The notes: generated by a model not told the origin, from the letters alone. Numbered from the stretch's first letter, positions 10,247 through 20,567 are shown. The stretch: 62,620 bases of DNA from an uncultured virus (IMG/VR IMGVR_UViG_3300034418_009100) (IMGVR_UViG_3300034418_009100); one strand, 5' to 3'. Numbers and translations: made by a program.

Positions 10247-10645
10247 ATGCCAGGAATAGCAAGAGTTGGTGATACATATGGACCAGGAGGAGTACTTACT
10301 TCTCCCGTCAGTCCCAATGTCATTGTGAATGGTAGACCAGTTGCACTTAACGCAGTTGCCTACACACCTCACCCGTGCTGCGGTAAAATTGGTTGTCCTC
10401 CAACACACTGTGGCGGCACAGTACCAGGAATGCAAGCATTGGGATTTCAAGTTTTTGTTAATGGAGTCCCGCCTGTGCTTAAAGGTGATAATGGCATATG
10501 TGGACATGCTGTACGTACTGCTAGTGGTGACGTAAAAGTTGGTACCGGCGACGGCTTTGCAGAAAATCCAGATTTTGGCACATTTGATACATTATTAGAG
10601 CCAGAACTGGCTTTTGATGGCATAACAAACTTTGATTTTGGATAA
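10247..10645 (+). CDS. PAAR-repeat tail-spike tip protein
   Basis: IARVGD, VIVNGRPVA, VFVNGVP and CGH...SGDV motifs; acidic C-terminal extension. Confidence 0.9.
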   Translation: MPGIARVGDTYGPGGVLTSPVSPNVIVNGRPVALNAVAYTPHPCCGKIGCPPTHCGGTVPGMQALGFQVFVNGVPPVLKGDNGICGHAVRTASGDVKVGTGDGFAENPDFGTFDTLLEPELAFDGITNFDFG

Positions 10646-10651
10646 TATAGT

Positions 10652-11590
10652 ATGGCAGAACCAAGTGCAGTATATCAAGGTAACACACCCTCATTAGAAA
10701 GCGGTGGACTTAATGCTCTACAGTTATCATTGGCCAACTTTATGGCTATTGGCAATCCTCCTCCGTTTGCAGTAAACGATGCTTTTATGCAGACAATGAA
10801 AACGTTTAGTGACTCGGGTGTATTGAGTCCATTTACACTAGATCCAGTAACGGGCCTGCCTAGAATCCCAGACTTAAATTATAGCATTAGTGATGGCATC
10901 GCTTATGTTGCCCGAGGTGATGATATGTATTTGTTACGTCGAGCACAAGACTGCGGCCCAGACGAAAACAGATTAGAAGAGATTTATTTAGGACGTAGGC
11001 CTGATGTTGCTGAGGGTACTTGGGCGTTTTACGGGCAAGTTGTTGGCGGAACTGTTTCCAGTGGTGCAAACGATGGTTCGTGGGGCGGCGAGGCAACAGT
11101 TACAAACGTTGTTAGCCTGGGTTATGTTGACGTAAACGTGGCTGACTTCTCACTCGGGTTCAATCCTTATTCTGATAGCTCGACGAGCGGTGGCAGTACA
11201 GGTAGTTTTGGCGCTACATCAGTAAACGGCGGCACAGATCCAAATGATCCTAAGTATGTCTGTACTGCAATGTGTCGTACTTATGGCTTCGGTGAGTTTA
11301 GAACTAAGATATGGTTAGCATGGAGTCGTAAACATCTCAATGACTATCACCAAATTGGTTATCATACTTTATTCCTCCCAATGGTAAACTATGCTTACTA
11401 CTCTGGTACAGACAGCGTAGGTAAAAAAGCAGTTAGAGCCACATTAGAATTCTTGATGCGCCACAGAACAGCAGACCTGCGTGCAAGACTCAGGGGCAAT
11501 TCAGTAAAACGTGACACCATTGGCAGAATTTGGAACGCTATCTTCGAACCTTTAATTTATATTACAGGTAAGATAAAAGGACGCAAGTAA
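10652..11590 (+). CDS. putative virion protein with a C-terminal VCTAM...GYH domain
   Basis: Follows PAAR; Gly/Ser linker, then a basic C-terminal domain reminiscent of CFI-box-CTERM. Confidence 0.55.
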   Translation: MAEPSAVYQGNTPSLESGGLNALQLSLANFMAIGNPPPFAVNDAFMQTMKTFSDSGVLSPFTLDPVTGLPRIPDLNYSISDGIAYVARGDDMYLLRRAQDCGPDENRLEEIYLGRRPDVAEGTWAFYGQVVGGTVSSGANDGSWGGEATVTNVVSLGYVDVNVADFSLGFNPYSDSSTSGGSTGSFGATSVNGGTDPNDPKYVCTAMCRTYGFGEFRTKIWLAWSRKHLNDYHQIGYHTLFLPMVNYAYYSGTDSVGKKAVRATLEFLMRHRTADLRARLRGNSVKRDTIGRIWNAIFEPLIYITGKIKGRK

Positions 11591-14038
11591 ATGGCTGGGA
11601 TTTTTAACATTAACTTAGCCCGTGATGGTGCTTACAACGTAAACGGCAATTACTACAGTAGAGAAAAGTTAATTTATCCTACGCCACGAAAGTTATGGTA
11701 CAACTACAATGCTTTGGCCATACTGGCCTATATTACTGAAGCAGAATATGATTTAATCGTTGCAAACTTTCCTGGCTACGTTTATCCTCCACAACAAGTT
11801 GGTTATTCGAGAATAGAAAATTTTAATAATTTTCAAAAAGCAGATCAACCACAGCCAAACATCGACACCGAACAGGGTGAAATTACTGTATTACAACAAC
11901 AAACAGATTACTTATTGAATCGACAAAACCAAGGAATTGACTTCATCGGCCCGATACTGCCTAATCCTCCTTTGTTTAGAAGGACACAGGATCCAGAAGT
12001 TAGCGGCGCTCCTTACTATTACATAGATAAAAATCCTGGTTCTCCCGTACACAAATTAGTTTATATTACCTACGAAGCACAACAATTCTTAATTCAAACA
12101 GACTATTACAATATCAATTTGGCAACCCTTAATTACTACGGTCCTTTTGGTATTCCTATGTATTATGATGATGGCACGGACGGTGTAAACGGTCCACCAG
12201 GTAGTGGTATAACTGGCTCATCTCCAAGCGTTAGTGGCGAGTCATGCCCGCCTGGAAGTTTTAGCGTCAACGGTGGTTATTGTGCCCCAGGAGTATTTGA
12301 CAGTTCCGGACAAGTAGTCACTGACGGTCAAGGAAACCCTGTCACAGTTGGAGGCGGCGGCTTTAGTTTCGCTGGAGGTGCTTCGGGTTACGACGCCGGC
12401 CAAAGACTAACTGGTTTTTCTGTGTTTTCTGGTAGCGGTGTATATGACGGTTCACTGAGTGCTCAAGGTAATATGGTTGCCATGCAGTTAAATGAAGGAA
12501 AATATCAGACTGAAGTACAAGGCAGATATCTTGTTGCTAAACCTTATCACCAAGGATATTTTAAAACTTATTATAGAGATCCTGCTGCTGATATTTTTGG
12601 TGCAAACACACAGATGCCTGCGCTAACAGGTGTCATGCCGGAAAAATACTCAGATGTGCCTGGCAATGCAGTATACTATACAGATCTGCAACTATATAGA
12701 ATGAGTGGTAGCAACCAGTGGGATCAGTTTTATTTCATAAACACATTTGGTCAGATTGTAGGCTGGGTATTACAATGCAATAATTATCTTGAAGCACTTA
12801 AAAAAGCAGAAGATACTAATTTGGCTTACTACGGTGCAGACAGTTTTCAAGTCCTGACTACACAGGGATTTAGTAGGTACCAAACGGGAACTGCACTTGT
12901 TCAGGCATTTAGGAATTTGGGGACAATGGCCAGTCTGATAACAGCAAAAAACAGTGTTGGCCAACCTTATTTTGGAACTGCAAATGCAGTTGCAGAAGTT
13001 CTAATAGATAATGGCCTTGGGTATATCAACAACCTAAGTACAAACATATATGCTGCAGGTGTAAATTTCGATGACATAGGTAACACTCTTTATACCGACT
13101 TTATAACAGATCAGTTAAGGCAGATAACAAACGCCGCAGACCTACAGACTATTCAAGAAGTGCTGCAGAGTAACATTCCTAATATTGCCAACCCTCTTGA
13201 TTATACAAGAATAGATAGGGCCAGCGGATTACCCAATGACAGTGAATTTACAGACTTTCAGGCAGTGGGCCAAGACTTTGTAAATCGTGCGCCAAATCTC
13301 ACACTGACCAACGGCATAGATATTGCAAACTTGATTGATAAAATTCAAAGCGGTGTAACTCAAAGCGTAGAAGACTTGGCAGGAACTGACACATTGCTAA
13401 CCCAGGCGCAAATTGATAGTTTAAGAAGTTTCTTACCATTTGGCGCAAATAACGAACCCATTACAATGCTAAATGTTATTGGTATGTCAAGTGGCTATCA
13501 AAACGTGATTATGTCAGAAGTAAATGATGGCATTGCTCAATTGTTTGCAACAAGTTATGGACCACAGATCAGAGATACTTTTACAGAAATCAGTAGATTG
13601 AGTGCAAGGCTACCATTAACCACTGCTGAATTTAGTCAAAGTGCGGCAACTTGGGATACACAATTAGAAAACAAGAAAAACGATTACTATACTTTAATCA
13701 ACACAATCATGGCAGATACTACAGGAAACATTCCTGCTATTGTAGATCAGATTAATTCAAATTGGGATAAGTTTACCAGTAACTTGTACTACGAGTTTAA
13801 AAATTATGCTAAAGCCAACATTACAGCCGGCAACTTTGGTGACAATCAAACTGTGTTTAGTTTTGTCCAAAGCATGCCAGGTTATGCAGCAGACCAAGCT
13901 AACATTGCTACAGACTACATGTTGTATGGGTTAACTCAGGACAATACGGGCGGTGAAGTAGCAAGAACAGTTTTGGATACTGGCAAAAACGACGACTTTT
14001 TACAGCAGGCTGGTGTAACCATAAACAGCACATTGTAA
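11591..14038 (+). CDS. large putative virion structural protein (baseplate or tail)
   Basis: 815 aa, rich in G/N/T/Y; in the PAAR late operon. Confidence 0.6.
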   Translation: MAGIFNINLARDGAYNVNGNYYSREKLIYPTPRKLWYNYNALAILAYITEAEYDLIVANFPGYVYPPQQVGYSRIENFNNFQKADQPQPNIDTEQGEITVLQQQTDYLLNRQNQGIDFIGPILPNPPLFRRTQDPEVSGAPYYYIDKNPGSPVHKLVYITYEAQQFLIQTDYYNINLATLNYYGPFGIPMYYDDGTDGVNGPPGSGITGSSPSVSGESCPPGSFSVNGGYCAPGVFDSSGQVVTDGQGNPVTVGGGGFSFAGGASGYDAGQRLTGFSVFSGSGVYDGSLSAQGNMVAMQLNEGKYQTEVQGRYLVAKPYHQGYFKTYYRDPAADIFGANTQMPALTGVMPEKYSDVPGNAVYYTDLQLYRMSGSNQWDQFYFINTFGQIVGWVLQCNNYLEALKKAEDTNLAYYGADSFQVLTTQGFSRYQTGTALVQAFRNLGTMASLITAKNSVGQPYFGTANAVAEVLIDNGLGYINNLSTNIYAAGVNFDDIGNTLYTDFITDQLRQITNAADLQTIQEVLQSNIPNIANPLDYTRIDRASGLPNDSEFTDFQAVGQDFVNRAPNLTLTNGIDIANLIDKIQSGVTQSVEDLAGTDTLLTQAQIDSLRSFLPFGANNEPITMLNVIGMSSGYQNVIMSEVNDGIAQLFATSYGPQIRDTFTEISRLSARLPLTTAEFSQSAATWDTQLENKKNDYYTLINTIMADTTGNIPAIVDQINSNWDKFTSNLYYEFKNYAKANITAGNFGDNQTVFSFVQSMPGYAADQANIATDYMLYGLTQDNTGGEVARTVLDTGKNDDFLQQAGVTINSTL

Positions 14039-14172
14039 CAAAACTGCCAAAAAACTTGTAAAAACCCAATAAATTCAATATAATACACGCAGTTTTTACA
14101 GTTCTGTATGTAGTTTATTGCTTTGAACACTCAAGGTATATAAGTTACTACTCAAAAAGAAGGAGTAAGAAT

Positions 14173-14763
14173 ATGACAACAAGAGCAACCGAAGTTGCCG
14201 GTTCAGCATTTTTTTATCTTTTCAAATTGGCAATGTTTACTGCATTGGCAATTGTGACTGGCATAGTAATTGCTGACTATACACAAAAACAGTTCGACGA
14301 ACACGGAGCAAGTCTATTAGCCAGCGCCGACTTTACACCCAGCCTGGCTGAAAAAGATAGACAGTTAAGATGTTTGGCACGCAACATTTATTTTGAAGGT
14401 GCCAACGAACCTGTGGAAGGCAAAATTGCCATTGCACAAGTAACCATGAATCGTGTGGCACATGAAAACTTCCCTAATGATGTTTGCAGTGTGGTGCATC
14501 AAAAATTCAAAGTGGCGGGAAAATATGTTTGTCAATTTAGTTGGGTCTGTGTGACCAAACACAAACCAAAACACATAGACAATCCGCAGTATACAGAAAG
14601 CCTACAGATAGCCAAACGTGTGTTCTATGAAAACTATAGACTACCAGGACTGACTGAAGCACTCTACTACCATGCTACTTATGTGCGACCAAATTGGCGT
14701 AGGTGGAAAACTAAACTTACTAAAATTGGTTTACACATCTTTTACAAAGAACGTGAAGCATAA
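14173..14763 (+). CDS. cell wall hydrolase, SleB/Hydrolase_2 family, with N-terminal membrane anchor
   Basis: CLARNIYFE, VTMNRV, CQFSW, YYHATYV and HIFY motifs. Confidence 0.92.
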   Translation: MTTRATEVAGSAFFYLFKLAMFTALAIVTGIVIADYTQKQFDEHGASLLASADFTPSLAEKDRQLRCLARNIYFEGANEPVEGKIAIAQVTMNRVAHENFPNDVCSVVHQKFKVAGKYVCQFSWVCVTKHKPKHIDNPQYTESLQIAKRVFYENYRLPGLTEALYYHATYVRPNWRRWKTKLTKIGLHIFYKEREA

Positions 14764-15095
14764 TGTTTACTGAAGAGCAAAAACAACGGATCCAAGAATT
14801 TGTAAACAAAGTCGGTGCATGGCCCGTATGGTCTATGTTACGACATGCCATTGGAGAAAGTTTTGGCTGGGTTGCAATTTTAGTTTTACATAGTGCAACC
14901 ATACCAAACTTGCTGGCTTACAAAGAAGGCTTAATCGAACAGCCCATGGACTTTGATGTTGTTGTGTTTATTTGGTCTTCTTTAGTACTAATGTTCATAA
15001 AAGGTTTGGTCAACCGAGAATGGTTAAATACAGTTACCATCGGTATAGGCTTTATTGTACAGGCTGTACTTTTAGGAATTTTAGTATTTAGGTAA
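14763..15095 (+). CDS. small membrane protein with about 3 TM segments (holin candidate)
   Basis: Three hydrophobic segments; coupled to the hydrolase gene. Confidence 0.5.
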   Translation: MFTEEQKQRIQEFVNKVGAWPVWSMLRHAIGESFGWVAILVLHSATIPNLLAYKEGLIEQPMDFDVVVFIWSSLVLMFIKGLVNREWLNTVTIGIGFIVQAVLLGILVFR

Positions 15096-15099
15096 CAAA

Positions 15100-15768
15100 G
15101 TGAACTATTTCGACTTACTGGACCGATTACATCAACTGTATTATAAATGCATAGGTCAGGAGTTGACTGCCAAACAGATTTGTTACAAACTAAACAGAAA
15201 CATTCCCAGTAGAGACATTAGAGTATACGGCTTAGAAAGCATAGGCGTATTAGACAACAAGTTTGAAACATCAGGCTTATACGATCCTGAACTGGATCAA
15301 GACAGTAAACAGTGTATCCTAATTGAAATACAGTTTCCGGTTCGCAAACCCACTTTTTGTTTTGATGAATCTGACTTGTCATTTGCTCACTGGCATGAAC
15401 TGGCAGTGGACATTGCCAGCATCATAGGGCACGAGTTTGTACACATGGGTCAGTTCAGACGCAGACATTTTAATGAAGGCAGACTTTATCGTAGTAGAGA
15501 AAAGAATCTATTCTTTAAAGAACACCAAGAATATTACGGCATGAATGATGAAATAGATGCCTATGCTTTTACTGCGGCTGCAGGTATGGCATTGGAAAAA
15601 TTTGTTTATCAAAAGAAAAATGTCAATATTAAAAAGACACCAACTTATCAAATATATAGACATTATTTTCGTAAAGACACTAAAATAATAGACTTGTTGG
15701 TCAAAAAGAGTACGACATATTATCGTAAATTAGAAAGGCAATATCGTGACAAATACAATAAAAAATAA
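15100..15768 (+). CDS. zincin-like HExxH protein
   Basis: IGHEFVHMGQ followed by EIDAYA. Confidence 0.6.
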   Translation: MNYFDLLDRLHQLYYKCIGQELTAKQICYKLNRNIPSRDIRVYGLESIGVLDNKFETSGLYDPELDQDSKQCILIEIQFPVRKPTFCFDESDLSFAHWHELAVDIASIIGHEFVHMGQFRRRHFNEGRLYRSREKNLFFKEHQEYYGMNDEIDAYAFTAAAGMALEKFVYQKKNVNIKKTPTYQIYRHYFRKDTKIIDLLVKKSTTYYRKLERQYRDKYNKK

Positions 15769-15970
15769 TTTAGACATTACTGAAGAAGATTTAGAAGAAA
15801 TTAATGACACAATTGAGGGAAATGAATTTGTATTTGTTTTAGATGTTGAAGGTAATTTAAAAACTGTAATTTTACCGGGCGAAGCAGATGAGAATGATTT
15901 ACCCGAAAATGTAACTAAAGTATTACAGGTATTTGAATTAGACGATTTAAACCCACAAACTCTGCACTAA
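15746..15970 (+). CDS. small acidic hypothetical protein
   Basis: 74 aa ORF, GTG start. Confidence 0.6.
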   Translation: MTNTIKNNLDITEEDLEEINDTIEGNEFVFVLDVEGNLKTVILPGEADENDLPENVTKVLQVFELDDLNPQTLH

Positions 15971-16013
15971 TACTTAAGTAGTACTTGCTCAAAAATACCC
16001 AATTTAGTATAAT
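15971..16013 (+). promoter_or_regulatory. palindrome-linked sigma70 promoter element, copy 1
   Basis: TACTTAAGTAGTAC + TTGCTC-17bp-TATAAT directly after a stop codon. Confidence 0.85.
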
Positions 16014-16019
16014 ATGGGT

Positions 16020-16334
16020 ATGATGAAAAGAAAGCGTCGGCAAGACACCAACCATTGCGTATACGTTATTACCAATCGTGTTACTCTAGAGCAATACATT
16101 GGTATTACTGTGTGCGGGCAGAAACTAAGCCGGGCATTGAAAGTTCGGATGCAGAAGCACGTTCGTAGAGCACTTACTGAGGGCAAAGATTGGCCTTTAT
16201 GCGAAAGTATTAGAACTTACGGCAGTAAAGCATTCGAGTACGGCATTGTGGACATTGTACGGGGTCGCAAACCCGCACACGGCTTGGAGCGTGAGTTAAT
16301 ACGTAAGTATGCACCTGCGCTGAATCAATACTAA
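16020..16334 (+). CDS. GIY-YIG family nuclease, likely leaderless
   Basis: CVYVITN...QYIGIT, Arg (VRMQKH), LERELI and LN motifs; ATG begins 7 nt after the -10 box. Confidence 0.75.
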   Translation: MMKRKRRQDTNHCVYVITNRVTLEQYIGITVCGQKLSRALKVRMQKHVRRALTEGKDWPLCESIRTYGSKAFEYGIVDIVRGRKPAHGLERELIRKYAPALNQY

Positions 16335-16341
16335 AAAGTAA

Positions 16342-16416
16342 TACTAAGGTAGTACTTGCTCGAAATTCTGAATTTTGCTATAATTATTCCATACAGTAAC
16401 AAAACAGGAGTTGAAC
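16342..16416 (+). promoter_or_regulatory. palindrome-linked promoter + RBS element, copy 2
   Basis: TACTAAGGTAGTAC + TTGCTC-17-TATAAT, then TAACAAAACAGGAGTTGAAC-ATG. Confidence 0.85.
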
Positions 16417-16674
16417 ATGGAAAAAGCACTTTATCGTAGCCCGGTGTTTAGTAGCGGTGTTCCTTTCTTGGTTCCCGTTGAGGCACTTAGCACCTATGCC
16501 AAGCGCGATGAATGCTTGCTACAGATGCAGGCCCTAGGTGGCATTCATGCCGAACCCACTAAGGAGTTTTTGAAACTTCGCAGTAAGATGTTGGCCGCTC
16601 GCCGCAAAATTGAGCGTAACCGTTGGTGGGGCGAAGCTGCACCTGTGCATGGTTGGGAATCCGTAACCGTTTAA
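16417..16674 (+). CDS. small early hypothetical protein
   Basis: AGGAG RBS; downstream of the promoter element. Confidence 0.7.
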   Translation: MEKALYRSPVFSSGVPFLVPVEALSTYAKRDECLLQMQALGGIHAEPTKEFLKLRSKMLAARRKIERNRWWGEAAPVHGWESVTV

Positions 16675-16689
16675 CCTAAGGAGAAAAAA

Positions 16690-16854
16690 ATGGGACGAGT
16701 CAAAGGCATGTTGATTGACCTTGCCGAAGATGCTACCTACATCGAACCCGATGAGTGGGCCGCGGCTTTTGAGCATGTTGTGGACAACGACTACATTGAT
16801 AGTCTTGCCGAAGAATATGAGAGTTACAACAACCAAGGTTCGGAATTTGATTAA
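16690..16854 (+). CDS. small acidic hypothetical protein (54 aa; not in the ORF track)
   Basis: TAAGGAG RBS; MGRVKGMLIDLAEDA...GSEFD*. Confidence 0.7.
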   Translation: MGRVKGMLIDLAEDATYIEPDEWAAAFEHVVDNDYIDSLAEEYESYNNQGSEFD

Positions 16855-16925
16855 CCGGGGGAATCGGATGTCTGGAGCCTAGGGCTAGGACTTTTGTCAC
16901 TGCTCATCCGATTTAATTTTTAACA

Positions 16926-16947
16926 ACCCGCTTCGGCGGGTTTTTTT
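16926..16947 (+). terminator. intrinsic terminator
   Basis: AACCCGC-TTCG-GCGGGTT followed by a T-run. Confidence 0.9.
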
Positions 16948-17022
16948 ATTGGTAAAATAAAACTTGCTTTTTTAATACCTTAGAAATTAAAATAAGTAAT
17001 ATTTGCACTATAAAAATTATAA

Positions 17023-18825
17023 ATGTTCTTAGCAAGTTTAACTTTTTTAACTGGTCTGAGTATCTCAGCAGTTGCAATATATTATTCGGTAATTGGCTTG
17101 ACTGCAATCTTTGCGGCCGCAGTTATTCCAATTGTAATCATGGGCACGGTATTGGAAGTAGCCAAGTTGGTTTCGGCTTGGTGGCTTAAAGCAAATTGGG
17201 AACGTGCTCCTGTACTGTTAAAGAGTTACATGTTCATTGCCGTGCTGGTTCTGATGTTTATTACCAGCATGGGTATTTTTGGTTTCTTAAGTAAGGCACA
17301 CATCGAACAAACTGCCATGAGCACAGAGCAAGTGGCACAGATCTCTACTCTCGATGACAAGATGGCTCGCAGTGAAGCCAAGATAAAACGTTGGCAAGAT
17401 GAAATCAGTAGGCTGCTCAAGGGTGAAGATGTTCGTGTTGACAACTTAGTGGACAATGAGCAGAAAGAGTTAGACAAAATCTACAGTCGCATTAAAGATG
17501 AAAAAGCCACACTTCGTGCCGCCGCTGACAAAAAGGTTGAACAACAGAACCAACGACTAGCACAGGCTACTGCACGTAAAGAAGCAGACATCAAAGCCGC
17601 AGAAGAAAGATTCAAAGGCAGTTTTGCTGGCGGCAGTCAATATGATGAAGCAGTAGACAAAGCCAAAAAGACTGAACTTGGGGTTGCCAGTGCCGCACAA
17701 CGTGAAATCAGAAACGTCAACCGCACATTGGACCAGGATCTTAAACGGGTTGACGACAAGTATGCAACTGCAATTAAAGACATACAAACTCGCATTGCAC
17801 AACTACGCAAACAGGCTTCCAATAAAACAGTAGACATTGACAAGCGTATTGAAGAACTTGAAGGTAATGTCAACAAAGAACAGGCCATAGTTGACGGTGC
17901 TAGAGAAGAAAAGTTTGTGTTTGAGAAAAACTATCGCAAACTGGAAGCAGAAGTTGGTCCTGTAAAATATATTGCTGAGTTTATCTATGGTGAACAAGCA
18001 GACAAGAACTTGTTAGAAAAAGCAGTAACTTGGGTTATTATCACAATCATATTTGTGTTTGATCCATTGGCTGTGCTGTTACTGTTAGCCAGTCAGATGA
18101 GTTTTGGCTGGGCAAGAGAACAAAAGCAAGAACCTGAAATAGAACATAAACTTGAGGAACTGGTAGAACAGATTCCAGAACCAGAAGAGCCCAAGGTTGA
18201 TCCCTACGATGCAAAACACACACCGGAAACACATCCCTATTTAAGATCAGGATTCGATCAACCTGAGGGTTGGCCAGGGGATCCTGTTGCGGCCCAAGAA
18301 CCAGAATCTAAAGAGGAGATAATTGATGAAGTACAAGATGAGACAGCGCCGCTGGGCGACACTACAGAAGCGCAAGAAGATTCTAAGCAAGTTGAGATAG
18401 ATGGAGAACACTTCGATATTAATGAAGTTAAAATAAAAAATCACGCTGGCGGCTATGTTCAAGTAAATCAGAAATTAATGGCAGGCGATGTATTCCGAAG
18501 CCAATATCCAGAACTTGCTAAAAAATTTAGTTTACAAGCAGGTAGAGAAAGTCGTAGCGGCTTTGGTACAGCCTTTCCAAAGGATGCCGAAAAAGGAGAC
18601 GTATATCTAAGAGTAGATGTAATGCCAAATAAATTGTTCAAATTTAATGGAAGTAAGTGGATAGAGATTGACAAATCCACATCTGACAGTTATACTTACG
18701 ATGAACAATATATACAATACTTGATTGAAAAACTTGCATCGGGAGAATACGAACTTGATCAATTAAGCCCAAGCGAACAAGAACTTGTGGCGGAACAACT
18801 CGAAAGACAGAATGGCAAAACCTAA
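17023..18825 (+). CDS. membrane protein with a long coiled coil
   Basis: About 3 N-terminal TM helices, a coiled coil of about 230 aa, a fourth TM helix, an acidic linker and a C-terminal FP...GD.YLRVD domain. Confidence 0.75.
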   Translation: MFLASLTFLTGLSISAVAIYYSVIGLTAIFAAAVIPIVIMGTVLEVAKLVSAWWLKANWERAPVLLKSYMFIAVLVLMFITSMGIFGFLSKAHIEQTAMSTEQVAQISTLDDKMARSEAKIKRWQDEISRLLKGEDVRVDNLVDNEQKELDKIYSRIKDEKATLRAAADKKVEQQNQRLAQATARKEADIKAAEERFKGSFAGGSQYDEAVDKAKKTELGVASAAQREIRNVNRTLDQDLKRVDDKYATAIKDIQTRIAQLRKQASNKTVDIDKRIEELEGNVNKEQAIVDGAREEKFVFEKNYRKLEAEVGPVKYIAEFIYGEQADKNLLEKAVTWVIITIIFVFDPLAVLLLLASQMSFGWAREQKQEPEIEHKLEELVEQIPEPEEPKVDPYDAKHTPETHPYLRSGFDQPEGWPGDPVAAQEPESKEEIIDEVQDETAPLGDTTEAQEDSKQVEIDGEHFDINEVKIKNHAGGYVQVNQKLMAGDVFRSQYPELAKKFSLQAGRESRSGFGTAFPKDAEKGDVYLRVDVMPNKLFKFNGSKWIEIDKSTSDSYTYDEQYIQYLIEKLASGEYELDQLSPSEQELVAEQLERQNGKT

Positions 18826-19531
18826 AATATCTATATTATTACCAACAAGAAAACGTACAGAAGCAGTTATAAAAAGCATAGGCAGTTTACTTGCCTATGC
18901 TAAAAACACTGCTGACATTGAAATCTTAATTGCCTACGATGACGATGATGAAGAAAGCAGAGAATTTTTCTCATCGACTTGGTTTGATTTTGTTGGGCAA
19001 ACAGAAGCAACTACCAAAGTATTCGAAACTGAACGTTTTGGTTATTTAAAGTTGAATCGCTATGTTAATTTGTTGGGCGAGGAAGCAACAGGCGACTGGA
19101 TTATGTTTTGGAATGATGACGCCTTAATGCAAACAGAAAATTGGGACGAGCATATTGTCAATGAAACAGGTTGGTTTGGCTGTTTGCGTATGCCTTGTAC
19201 TTCAATGAATCATCCTTTTGCACTATTTCCAATAATTCCTAGATCTTGGGTAGATATTTTTGAAAAAATTAGTCCTGTTGCACACAGCGATTGGTGGATT
19301 TATCATGTGGCCAAATCAGCGGGAAGATTTAAAGATATTCCAGTTTTTGTTTACCATGATAGAGCAGATGTTACAGGTGGAAATAACGACGAAACGTACC
19401 AAGAACGAAGTTATGCCGCAGATGGACGAGATGCAACAAATCCAGATGATTATAGCCATCCCGACAGACGCAAAGAACTTGAAGAATGGATTACTAAATT
19501 AAATACTCTACTTCAAGATAAAGTTTATTAA
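18812..19531 (+). CDS. glycosyltransferase family 2 (GT-A fold)
   Basis: ISILLPTRKR, IAYDDDD and WNDD motifs. Confidence 0.85.
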   Translation: MAKPKISILLPTRKRTEAVIKSIGSLLAYAKNTADIEILIAYDDDDEESREFFSSTWFDFVGQTEATTKVFETERFGYLKLNRYVNLLGEEATGDWIMFWNDDALMQTENWDEHIVNETGWFGCLRMPCTSMNHPFALFPIIPRSWVDIFEKISPVAHSDWWIYHVAKSAGRFKDIPVFVYHDRADVTGGNNDETYQERSYAADGRDATNPDDYSHPDRRKELEEWITKLNTLLQDKVY

Positions 19532-19538
19532 AGGATTA

Positions 19539-19820
19539 ATGATGCCAAGACTAATTACATATCCAGATATAAGTTTTGATGTTAACATACCTAAAGTTTT
19601 AATTAAAAATGCTAATTGGGACACAGAACTATGCCAACGAATTGTTAACGAATTATCTGAAAAAGAATATGACATTTACCTTTCTCATTCAGATATTGGG
19701 GATGTTCAGTGGGAAGAAGGTGTAAGGACAAAAGCGAAAATTACACTAGATGCTGATAATTTTAAACATAGGGATACTGTAGAATGGCTCAAGGAATTTG
19801 ACGGAGACTTTCCAGCATGA
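19539..19820 (+). CDS. hypothetical protein
   Basis: 93 aa ORF with AAGGA RBS. Confidence 0.65.
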   Translation: MMPRLITYPDISFDVNIPKVLIKNANWDTELCQRIVNELSEKEYDIYLSHSDIGDVQWEEGVRTKAKITLDADNFKHRDTVEWLKEFDGDFPA

Positions 19821-20026
19821 CCAAGGTATTTGTCAAAGACGACAACGTAGAAAGAGCATTACGTAAGTTTAAAAAGAAAGTAAATGAAAGTGGGTTACTG
19901 CAAAACTTGCGAGATCGCGAGCAGTATGAAAAACCCACTACAGAACGTAAACGTAAAAAAGCCGCCGCCAAAAATCGCTGGCGCAAAAAAGTTGAAAGCC
20001 AAAAATTGCCAGTTCGGCAGTTTTAA
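19817..20026 (+). CDS. rpsU: ribosomal protein bS21
   Basis: ERALRKFKKK...YEKPTTERKRKKAAA. Confidence 0.95.
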   Translation: MTKVFVKDDNVERALRKFKKKVNESGLLQNLRDREQYEKPTTERKRKKAAAKNRWRKKVESQKLPVRQF

Positions 20027-20029
20027 TCA

Positions 20030-20126
20030 TTGACTTTTTCTCCCTAAGAAATTATAATAAATAATATTGTAGATGCCCGGGTGGGGTCTACAAGTCATAA
20101 ACTTGCTTATTAAGGAGAAAAAAATG
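20030..20126 (+). promoter_or_regulatory. hsp20 promoter and ROSE-like RNA-thermometer leader
   Basis: TTGACT-17-TATAAT with an overlapping TAAATA; hairpin TTGTAGA/TCTACAA; CTTGCTT pairs with the SD region AAGGAG leaving a bulged G. Confidence 0.7.
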
Positions 20127-20567
20127 ACAAACTTTCACATTCAAACAATCGACTTACCTACTTTTGCTCGTCATGCTATCGGCTTTGACCGTGTGTTCAA
20201 CGAATTGAACCGCACCTTTGCCAATAGTCGTACCAGCGACAACTATCCTCCCTACAACATCGCACGTCTTGATGACACTCACTATGTTATCGAAGTGGCT
20301 GTTGCAGGTTTTGCCGAAAACGAAATTGACGTTGAAATCAAAGACAGCGTATTGACCGTAACTGGCAAGCAGGAAAAGAAAGAAAAGGAAGTTGACTATG
20401 TACACAAAGGCATCAGCACTCGCGCATTTGAGCGCACCTTTACGTTGGCAGACAACGTAGAAGTACGTGCAGCCAGTGTACAGAATGGTATCCTAGCAAT
20501 TGCACTTGAGCATGTTGTTCCAGAAGAACAAAAGCCTAAGAAAATTGCTATTAGTTACCAGAAGTAA
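20124..20567 (+). CDS. small heat-shock protein Hsp20 (IbpA-like)
   Basis: IGFD, YPPYNI, AVAGF, HKGISTRAFERTF and NGIL motifs; start reassigned using the RBS. Confidence 0.96.
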   Translation: MTNFHIQTIDLPTFARHAIGFDRVFNELNRTFANSRTSDNYPPYNIARLDDTHYVIEVAVAGFAENEIDVEIKDSVLTVTGKQEKKEKEVDYVHKGISTRAFERTFTLADNVEVRAASVQNGILAIALEHVVPEEQKPKKIAISYQK

